A DNA stretch of 64,000 bases from assembly GCA_002269645.1 (NCBI GenBank), contig NIVC01000352.1, forward strand, positions 310,001-374,000. The letters run 5' to 3'. Made by a program: the position numbers and the translations under genes. Source of the stretch: Macrostomum lignano (Eukaryota). This document shows positions 13,765-24,133 of this stretch, one piece after another. Numbering within the stretch: the stretch's first letter is position 1; each line of letters opens with the position of its first letter. The notes under the pieces are model-generated. The model did not search any database. It was not told the DNA's origin and saw only the letters and a program-made list of their open reading frames with translations.

Positions 13765-14150
13765 AGCTTATTTATTGGCTTTTACCTCTAGCTTAAACTC
13801 TCCAACTGTACCTTTCCACACTATCTCCTTGCCCCAGCCCAATTTTTATAGCCTTTCTTGGAATTCTAGCCTAAAGCTACTATGCAAATTTCAATGGAAT
13901 GGCTATGCCTCTGCCTCTCACCGGTTATATGCCTATGTTGCTTAGAGTGCGCCAGGGTGCACACAACCCCCTTGCCTCTAATAATAAAAATATACATTAA
14001 TGCTAAACCACTTAGCAAGTTGTTTATATACTTGCAAGCTTGGGCTTCTAAACTTATCAAATTCATTTTAGCCAGTTTCATTTTTATAAATATTCTTCTT
14101 TTCTATTGTGTTGAACTGAAACTTGGAAAGTAGAAAGCTAGGCCCGATAT
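13765..14150 (-). mobile_element. Older, diverged copy of the 435-bp hAT MITE with a SINE-A 3' tail inserted
   Basis: Reverse-complement similarity to 23230-23500; the insert ~13910-13990 equals the SINE-A tail (gtgcgccagggtgcacacaacccc.tgcctctaataa). Confidence 0.7.
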
Positions 14151-14339
14151 ATGAAGTTTGTTTGGAAATTCTATAATCAAACATCATATATATATCTTTT
14201 TTAAGTCACTACTTTGTCTTGAAACTTTATACCATAGACAAATATTATACACTGAATGTTTTAAAGCAAGAGTAGTCTTGTTTGAGCCAAGAATTTTCTT
14301 CTTGCAGTGTTTCAGTCACACAATTTTTTTATTTTGCTG

Positions 14340-15640
14340 AATAATGAAGAAGCAAAGTAAAGTATCATTTGGTTTTTGTAGAAGTAGAAGCAAGGAAAGC
14401 AAGAGGCAGAAATTCTTTGTGAGGTGCAAGCAACATATAGTAAATGTGTACTATCAAAAACCATGGTTAACAAGTGGGTCCAAACCTTTAAAGACAGCTA
14501 GGAGACAGTTGATGACCTTCTATGGAGTGGCTGGCTTGCCACCATGGTTAATAGGTCAAACATTATTGAGCTTTTGCATTGTACGAGCTACTTTGGATAT
14601 TAACCACTAAGCCACAATGCAAGATTTGTCAACAATTATTGGCATCTCATCAATAGACATTCATTCAATCTTGACAGTTAGCTCAGTATGTTGCACATTG
14701 TTGCTTGTTGGGTCCATAAACTTATGACTAACTAGTGCAACAAGAGTAGGTCTAGGTTTATCAGTAGCTCCTCTAGTCATATCAGTGATCCCAACTTTTT
14801 GGACGAGATTGTGACTAGGGATGAATCTTGGTTCTATTATAGCAAGCCAGTCTAAGATGCAAAGCAGTGTGTAGAAGGCCAGCCACATGCCTATACCTAT
14901 CAAAGGTCTGATTGCACCTTCAGCTAGCAAGCAAATGGCCACTATCTTCTAGGACAAAGAGGGCATTCTGCTTATCAAATGGCTTCCCTGTGGTATCACA
15001 ATCAATAGTGAGTACTATATCAAAGTCTTGCAGAAGTTGTATAAAGCTATCAAGGCCTAGCAATATGGCAAGCTAAGCTATGGCGTGGCATCTTGCTTTA
15101 GTACAACAATGCCAAGTTGCATACTAATTAGGCAACAATAGCTGCTATTTTAGACCTAGGCTTCCAGGTATTTCCATATCTACCCTACTTATCAGTAGAG
15201 GTCGGATGGGATTGAAATCTTTGGGCGGGATCGGGATCGGGAATAATTTTTTTCTCGGGATCGGGATTGGGATCGGGATTCGGGAATCGGGATCAGGTCT
15301 TTTAGTGTATTGTCCATGTAAAGTTAAACAAAATTGAGAAAAGATTGTCAAGATCAAGAAGTAAAACACAATGAAATTGATATGAAGTTTTGTAACCAAC
15401 AAAGTAAATAATGTAACGAGTACAAGTTAAAGCAAAATACCTTCAAGTAATCACTAATTCTATAAATTATTAATTGAAAGACCTGTTCCCGAATCTTGAG
15501 TTTTTTAGGGTTGGGATTCTGGTCCCGCGGGAATTCAATTTTCCTTGGGATCCCGAGATTTCGGGATCAGGATCAGGATCCCGTCCGACCTCTACTTATC
15601 AGTGATTTCTGGCTATTTAGAAAGATGAAAAAATATTAGA
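14340..15640 (+). mobile_element. Degenerate Tc1/mariner transposase relic
   Basis: Conceptual translation KWVQTFKDS*ETVDDL..SG, CWVHKL (WVPHEL), IVTRDESW (DE), MATIF*DKEGILLI.WL, NNA..HT, PY..SDFWLF..MK; many stops. Confidence 0.88.
15196..15594. mobile_element. hAT-type MITE inserted into the mariner relic
   Basis: TIR tagaggtcgga.ggga / tccc.tccgacctcta; perfect 8-bp TSD cttatcag (15188-15195, 15595-15602); subterminal gggatc repeats. Confidence 0.9.
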
Positions 15641-16772
15641 AATTGCTTTGGTTTATTTTTTGGGCCATGTGGGGTTCTTGGCCCTTTGAAAATCTCATTG
15701 GCAACTGGATTTTTGGCATCAGAGGCCAATCTGGCAACTTCATTTTCTTTATACCAGTTGCCAATTTCAAAAAAATGATTTTGTAAATCTAATAAAAGTG
15801 CTATATGAATCTAATAGGCTGTGGCAAATACTAAGTTGCAAAAATTGACAATGTCAATAACAAATCCCAGGCTATAGTCATGTAGTGCATACATGTTTAA
15901 TAAGCCTTAAAAATATATATATCCTTGAAAATACAGCTAGTTGCCAATGGGCAATCAAAAATAGCCATTGGTAACTGGATTTTGAGCCCCAAGGGCTGGC
16001 TGGCAACTGGATTTCCAAAACTTAAAAAACCCAGGACGTTGCCAGTCACTAGGCCTATTAGCCAGTAGGTAGGTTAAAAGGTCACTTGCTAATTTCTATG
16101 CTGCTAGCATTTATGTTTTTTATATGTAGAGTATGCATTACTCAACACCCTAAATTTTAAAATTGCACCTTAAAATTGAAAAGTTGGTGTGGACTGTAGT
16201 TTAGGTGCAGTCTTATAACCTTTTTTTTCCATTGAAGCCTCATTTGCATTGCATTTGAATAGGCCCCCTAAGAAAAAAAATAAATTGCACTCTGAGCCTT
16301 AAAATTGCACTTTGAAAGTGAGCATAGGATGCAATTTGGCTCCTTGTCTCTGGCAAAAAAGAAAACCCTAGCTAGGCCTAGCTGGCATTGACAAGTTGCC
16401 TAAGAGATGGCATAAGTGCATAAGTCTCAAGGTTGGGTGTCTATGTTGAGAAGCAGGAAGAGTAGGCTAGCATTACATTTGTTGAATCTGTTAATCTATT
16501 AGACATAGACACATTTAATTTTGGACTTTCCAAACAACCTTCATACATGATACTTGTACCTAAGTGGCCTATCTAGGCCTAGTTAATATCTATAATATGT
16601 GGTATATTACCGTATATAGGTAAAGGCTTAGAAACTTAAGCAATAGGGATTTTTGATACTATGACATTAAATACAATATATAGGCCTAGTTGAGATAATG
16701 ATTGTATCTAGTATCTTTTGGGGCATTCTTTCGTTAGACGATCCGCCGAGCAGGTCAACCTGGCAACTGGTC

Positions 16773-16774
<2 letters not shown>

Positions 16775-16864
<90 letters not shown>
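16775..16864. repeat. (AGT)n microsatellite
   Basis: About 30 perfect units. Confidence 0.97.
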
Positions 16865-17589
16865 AGTTGGCTCAGGCAAGAAGCCTGTTTGGCCAATATA
16901 TTTCTGTGTATTTAAGAATTGTTCAATTCAATTTATTTTATTGTCAAGTTATTGTTTATGATCCCCGTTAAAAAAAGAGTAAAAAAAACACTCCAGTATA
17001 TCAAAAAATTACGTTTCACAATTATTGTACGTAGTATTAACTTTTTTAAATCACTTTAAATCGCTGCAATTTTAATTTAATTTATTTTAATTCACAACAA
17101 TTGTCACTGAAACGTAGCATAAAAATTTATGGAAGCTTTGCTTATATTTATTCACTTTCGTCACACGATCATTTAAATTATGAAATTATGAGTAGGTAAT
17201 CGTAAGACAAAACCGAAAGAGCTTTTAGGTTTCGAATTACGATCACATCAATAGTAAAATTATATTAGAGTGATCGTATCACGAAATTGAATAGAAGAGT
17301 ATGGTTTGCAGTCTGATCGTGTTTATTCTGAGGTCGCGACCGCGGGCTCAAACCCAGCAGGTCAGCACTCGTTGCTGAGGAAACCAGTGTATGCGGAATC
17401 ATGTTTAAGCTTCACTTGGTAGCCCTGCTTCAACCCATTGAGCTAAGCATTTGAGTCCAGGAGCTGGTTGTGCTACGAGGGCTGTCGGGCTAGCGCTATC
17501 GATCCGGAGTGAAAAGTAAAGCCTCCGTCACTGTGAACTTCCAGATCATTGTTAGACCATAATCACTTCGCTCGACTTCCCTCTTATTT

Positions 17590-18060
17590 ATGATGCTCTT
17601 CACTCTTGCTTGACGGGCTGCGGACCGCTCAATCTATTATCTGATGACGACGGCTGCCTGCTGTAGTAGCGACGCGTGCATGGGTCGAAACCAACTAGTA
17701 TAGAAAGGCGGCTCAGCGTGCTTGGTACGCCAACGATCTCGCCCTGCTGTCCTCGACCGTTGAGGGCACCCAGCGCCAGCTGGACCGGCTGGTGAGCGTT
17801 GCGACGAGCGTCGGCCGCGATGAAGCAGCCTGTCACGTCCCAGCGAAGCTGGCCGGCGACTCCAGCTGGTAGGCCACATCATCCACGCATGTCCGCATCC
17901 GGCGCAGGAGGTGCTACCCTACTGACGAGGCCAGGCACGTACTTGGCGTTTTGTCGACTGCCTGCTGGCTGATGCCGGCCCTACGTTCGCGCCCACGCCC
18001 TGAAACGCGCAGTGTGACGCTGTCTTTGCCTCTCTTGACTCGCTTGACTGACTGACAGCG
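17590..18060 (+). mobile_element. Decayed RTE-like non-LTR retrotransposon RT fragment
   Basis: RRLSVL(G)YANDLALLSSTVEGTQRQLDRLVSVATSVG (YADD region, frameshifted), followed by a C-terminal-like LAG..LVGHII segment. Confidence 0.75.
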
Positions 18061-18624
18061 TATTTTGTTGTTGTTCTGACGCTCGCTCAGCCCCAACTAG
18101 AAGCGATTGAGCTACTTGTGAACCAAGAGGTGAAACAGTGCTATGTATTTAGTTATTCAGATTTGAACATCACATCTATCACCTCAAGCAGCCAAATACA
18201 AATTAATGTAATTTTAATGTTCAGCATTGGCCTCTGAGACTGATTATTCTGCATCACATTTGATTTCGAAAAAGCTGGTTTGGTGAGCACGTTCACGGAG
18301 GGGCGGATTAGCTTAATCTCCGGATTAAGCTGTTTTCAAATTCTCCCTGCTTGTCTCTCACTGTATTGTCTTAATTACATGTAGCTACAAGACCTCTAGC
18401 TGCACGCCAAATCTTCGCTACCTTGGCCCTAAATATCTGACAGGAGTGGGAGGCCAGGAGTGTTAAGAGTAGCTTTTCTTTCTATGCTTTGACCAAAGCC
18501 AAAGGCTAAAAAGCAAATAAACGCATGCAAACGTTGTTAATACCCCCTCAAGCAATTCAAGGCCCACGGATTCTAGAAATGTAAAATTTCCTGGAAAATT
18601 ATATTCCAAAACTAAAAAAACGAC

Positions 18625-18860
18625 CTGTATATGCTTTGTTATTGTTCACCAACTCAGACCAGGCTCGCACGCTGCCAGCGGTTCATTTACCTCGGCGGTC
18701 TGGTTCCCCACAAGAGGACTTGCCTGGGCGGCTTTCCGTTCGATCCGAACCGTCCTCCAGTCCGAAGGGCTGCCCGACCGACAGAGGGCTCGGCTGTGAC
18801 AGGCGGTTGTTGAAACCGTCCTGCTATACAACGCCGAGACGTGGACGCTGACGGCTACGC
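18625..18860 (+). mobile_element. RTE-like RT fragment
   Basis: FIYLGG..LAWAAFRSIRTVLQSEGLPDRQRARL*QAVVETVLLYNAETWTLT (LLYxxETWTLT typical of RTE). Confidence 0.8.
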
Positions 18861-18861
18861 C

Positions 18862-19195
<334 letters not shown>

Positions 19196-19214
19196 TGTCT
19201 ATCTACACCAATCC

Positions 19215-19600
19215 CAAGTAAATTTGATCTACGAACTAGAAACGAGGCTGTCGCTCTGTCTGCCGCACAAGCCGATTATCCCTAATCGAGGCCGCAGCCT
19301 GCTGCGCACAGCCTATGAGGGCTCATTCGAAGAGGACTACAGAAAGTACAGCAGCGCCATGTGGCGCAGGCAGACCGACAGTGTCGAGGGTTTCAACCAA
19401 CCTAGTCGGACAGAGCAAAGCTTCGATTGAGTACACTCGCTGTTGGAACCCTGTTGGACTGGTACAGGACAAATGCTGGTAGATCCCCAGCAGCGACTGC
19501 GTCAGCTTCCAGTCCGGAACTCCGCAGACTCGCGGAGATCCGACAGCGACTGGCCCAGCTGGAGGCAAAGCTGGACGCGGCTCTGGCTGGAGGTTGCTAA
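19215..19600 (+). pseudogene. Decayed 3' coding remnant of a TRPA paralog
   Basis: QVNLIYELETRL..IIPNR..LLR..EGSFEEDY parallels TRPA exon 22 (VNLIYELEINL..IYPNR..LRR..GNFEEEY). Acceptor reads caa, there is an in-frame TGA, then a frameshifted coiled coil ELRRLAEIRQRLAQLEAKLD. Confidence 0.75.
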
Positions 19601-20401
19601 GCGACTCTGTTAATAACAGGCTAATAACGATTGACTGATTACAACTCTCCTAAACTGTGGCTGATCGGGATAATAAAAAATATTTAATTCAGTTGACAGG
19701 GTCTCGAGTAACTGTCTTAACTTCATTACATGAGATACTCGTAAGCATTGAAACTTGCGTGTATTACAGCGCTTCACCGTAGGTAGAAGACGCCATTGCT
19801 TTTACTGCTGGCAGCCATGCAATTAGGGCAGTCAACTGACTGCATTCTGCCTTGATACAATCGAGCATATCTTTGCACTTTATACAAATTCAATATCAAA
19901 TGTGGTAAGGGAATTGCTAGAGAATACCCAGCCGCTTCAAACTGGATTCGACACAATTAGCCTCTCTAACAGGCACGCGAGCCTTTTCTGCGCGTGGTCA
20001 AAATTTTGGCCTCTTGCTTAAAAGTTGGTTGTAAAGAAACTGCTCTGCTTCTTTATCTTCTATTCTGTATTGTTCTCGATACATGGTGCTTGTGGTCTGC
20101 CGACTGAGAATAGCATAATAACCGAGTGTAGAGGTGGACTGACGCAGTGGCACGCAAAAACTCGACGGCCAGCACGCGCGCACGTGAAAGCCTGACTCGT
20201 GGTTTTCTTCTTGCCACACTGTCGCAATAAAAGCGTTTTCAGCTTCAGCATTCTTTTGTCATTTTCTTTTCTGAGCAGCTTGCGGCACCCTATTCTCTTT
20301 CTCGCTTGCTCTTCAACCCGAAGACAGTATATCAGATAGAATCGCGCACCTGCAGCTCCCACGGTGCACCTGCAACAAACTATAGAACTCTGCCACTGAA
20401 G

Positions 20402-22012
20402 ATGAAGCAGAGCCTGCTTAGTCGGAGCAGCAACTCCTCCAACAACGATCTGACGCCTTCTGAGGAGCGCAGAGCGGTGAAGCGAATCAAAGGCAGCGCC
20501 ATCGTCCTGCCGGACAACTTGGACGTTTCAACGTCTGGCTATGCCGTTTTGTTTCGCCAACTGTTCCGATGGAGAGCCAGCATCTACCGACTAATCTGGA
20601 TCGACCTGCTTATCTGGCTGACCATCTACTACGTGCTCAATATTATTTACAGATTCGTACTCAATCCTGACCAGAAGTTACAATTCGAGAACACAGTTGA
20701 GCAGGTTGGCGAGTGGAGCGGCAAGATTCCAGTCACCTTCCTGTTGGGCTTCTTTGTCAGCAATGTCGCGTCCAGGTGGTGGAATATCTACACGGTGAGG
20801 CTACAGATTGCGATTCAGTATGAATAGAACCCATTGTTCTGTGCATACATGTATTTTGCGCACTTTTGATCTTCATCTCATTGCGATCCACCCCTCCCCG
20901 CCCTATCCTGCCCGGAGCAGCACATTCCGCGCATGTCCGGCCCTGCAGCCGTGCTAGTCGGGTCCATCCAGAGCGGAAGCAATCCTGGCGACGCTGCCAA
21001 GTACCGGATGACCATCGCTCGCTACCTCAACCTGGCGTGGGTGCTGGCGCTCTGGAACATTTGCAGCGGGCTGCAGGAGCGCTTTGAAATTGTCAAGAAG
21101 CTGACAGCTCGATTTCAGAGCGATTTCGACCTGACGGAGGACGGCAAGATCAAGCCGGTGCCGGACTCGGGCGATTCGAATTATGACCAGCTGATGCGCC
21201 TGTCGGAGCAGCCCGTGACGGATCCGGTGCGCCGGTCTCTGGAGCGGCTGCTGGTGCTAAACAGAGATCCCCTAATCCGGAAGCAGTACGGCCGCATCGT
21301 CACGAGGTCGGAGCTTGCCGTGTTTCTTCAGCGCTCCCAGCGGGTCAACGGCAAGTACGAGCCGGAGTGGTTCCTGCCATTCTATTGGGCTCTGGCCACC
21401 GCGGAGGAGGCTCTGGAGAAGGGTTTAATCCGAGACAATCGAATTTTCCTCAAAGTTCAAGAGGAGATCTACGCTTGGTCCGGAAAGATCCGCGTCCTCA
21501 TTAATTTTGCTAGGCGAGGCCTGCCGCTGGTGTACACGCAGGTGGTGATCATCGCGGTGTACACCGTGTTCCTGTCCGACACGCTGAGCCGCCAACTTTT
21601 GGATCCGAAAGAGGCGATTACGCGCAAAGCCAAAGGCTATTATGTTGATTACTTAGTACCAATACTAGGCATCGTGCACATGATCTTCATGGTTGGCTGG
21701 TTCAAAGTGGCCCTGGTGCTCATGGACCCGTTCGGCGTTGATGAGGAGGACTTTCCATTTTCCACCATCTTCAACAGCAACATGCGCCTCTCGAAGGAGC
21801 AGTGCGGCACCAACATATCCTGGTACCCCAAGAAGTTGCGCCCAGCGTTCGACGCCCAGCGTCAGAAGAAGGACAGGTCGGAGGGCGACAGCGAGGGCCC
21901 GGTGTCGGACGACGAGCTCTTCAAGCCGATGATTGAAATGAGTCAGGCGGAGGCAGAGCGGAAGAACCAGATATACGGAACATTCACACTGGAAGACGGA
22001 AGCGACGAATAG
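20402..22012 (+). CDS. Bestrophin family Ca2+-activated anion channel, 2 exons
   Basis: Exons 20402-20794 and 20921-22012. LFRWRASIYRL, IPVTFLLGFFVSNVASRWW, YRMTIARYLNL, LPLVYTQVV, GWFKVAL.LMDPFGVDEEDF. Confidence 0.93.
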
Positions 22013-23169
22013 AGAATTATCGAGTGCTCGAAGCTGAACTCTGCAGAGGCTTCAATCACTGCTGCTTTGTCAATTTTAAAATTTCACAATTTTAGCCAAG
22101 TTGTCTGAAACGGTATCTGAAAGAATTCACACCCAGCAAAAGCCGTCTGTTTCGTTGTTTTGTTTTTAACTTTTGTACTCGCAATCGTACTAACTTGAAA
22201 TTTGAAGGTAGTTTCTGTCGTTATAAAGTTTGATTAAAATATTTATCTTTTTATATTTATTGTATTGCTTTCTAACTTATTTTACTGGAAAATGTTTATT
22301 AACAAGTCATTTTCCCCTCCGTAGGGATCTTTTTTGATTCTGTAAGTAATAAATATTCTACCAGATATTCATTGAAGTTAAATACCACACAATCAATCAT
22401 CATGTTTGTCATTTAATTGTTTCGATGTTTTAGCTAGTTGTCAAAATCAAACGCAAGAAAACCCTAGCAGCCACAAAGGTGGCGGCCTAAATAGGCACAC
22501 GCATGTACAAAGCACCTGCCCCCACCAGACAGCCAACACCCAAACAGCCCTCCCCCCCCCCTTGCACTAAAGGCGGTTAGCCCTCGCGGTTAGGCTCGCG
22601 CAAACCGATGCACTGCCTCAACTTGACTTTACTGCACAATATCAACTCAAATTTTAGCCTCCAAAACAAAAATAAACGTAATTAGGTGAAGAAGTCAGGA
22701 AACTTCCAATACTAGATATTGTAGTGATATCATTTTTAAAAATACTCAAGAAGGAGTGAAACATCAATTATATTTTATAGATTCAGAAAGGTAAAAATGA
22801 TAGAAGGAATTAATCTGGATTAGATTTGCTCTATGTCGAGCGATAAATGATAAATGGTAAAAGTGCAATTGTACCAGAGGAAAAACTCTTGCTTTCATAA
22901 GTAAGTTAACACAGCAATATGCATTAGTAAATAAACAAAGAATTAAAATTGGGAGGCAAATGTAAGGAAACAATTGAAATAGAGGGCCATGTCGGTCAGT
23001 CTTTCATTGAGAAGTTGTTCGTAGTGGCTAGGCCAATGGCTCATTTCAACCTGAGATCAGATCAGAGTTTTGAGATCACAAACTCTATAGCTCGGCTGAG
23101 CGACCAGCAACGTCTCGTGAATGGCGTCTTGAAGAGATTTAACTTACCATAGCCACTGACAGGGGTGAT

Positions 23170-23604
23170 CACAGGGTACTAAAACAACTAGCTGGGCCAC
23201 TCAGGCATATATACTTTCTACTTTCAGTTCAGTAGCAAATAAGAATACATAAGCTATTTTATTAGAAAATGGCAGCTGAAACGACTTTGATAAGTTTAGA
23301 AGCCAAGCTTGCAGGCGTAAACAGCTTGCTAATTGGTTCAGCAATAATGTACATTGTCCCAGTTCACTGAAATGTACATGGCAGCTTTAGGCTGGAGTTC
23401 GAGCAAGGCAATAAAAATTGGGGTGGGGCTGGGGGTAGTGTGGAAAGGGGCAGTTGGAGGGTTTAAGATGGGGGGTAAGAACCAATAAAATGAGCCTTAG
23501 CTTTAAAAATACATTAAAATGCTTCTGTTTAACTTGCTACTGAACTGAAAGTAGTTTGCACGCAAATGTGCTGAGTGGCCCATCTGGTTATTCTAGTATC
23601 TGTG
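23170..23604. mobile_element. 435-bp hAT-type MITE, copy 1
   Basis: Outer TIR cacag..actaaaa..gggccactcag and inner TIR ctactttcagttcagtagcaa; 8-bp TSD ggggtgat/gggatgat. Confidence 0.88.
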
Positions 23605-23727
23605 GGGATGATTGCTGTGGTTTGCTTAGCTACCTTCGTAAGTTCTTCAACTGAGGTGCTTTCCCTAGAAAATATTTCAAGTCTGGGTAGGAAACTGCAG
23701 GCAAAATTGTTCTTTTGGTTTTATGAC

Positions 23728-23975
23728 GGAGGAGGCGATCAGCTCAGCGGTCCGACTCTCGCGTCACGACCCCCCTGGTTCGATTCCTTGTGCGGCCGCA
23801 TTCACATGGGGCTTGTGTGCATGTAAATTGGCGGCGGGTTGTCATGCGATTCACAGCCATGAGGGCCAACCCCAACGGCACAGAGAGTGTACATGCCTGA
23901 CGATTAGAAAGTCAGGGCTGCTGTACACCCTGTGTGAGCATGTGTGATGCGTGCTTGCGTACAGTATTGGCGAGC
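23728..23975 (+). mobile_element. SINE family A copy with tRNA-like head
   Basis: cagctcagcggt A box, ggttcgattcc B box; body matches 4.1, 6.3 and 40.5 kb copies. Confidence 0.82.
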
Positions 23976-24133
23976 ATTTATGCGCTTTTATGTGTTGAAT
24001 ATCTTGAGTCTCTTGAAGAGTTGGATAGATAAACTCTCGCCAATTCAATGGCTTTGAACATAAAAACGAACTTGGTATCAGTTTTTTATAAATATAGTTT
24101 AAACAATATTTGTCACAGTTTGGCTTCGACAGC

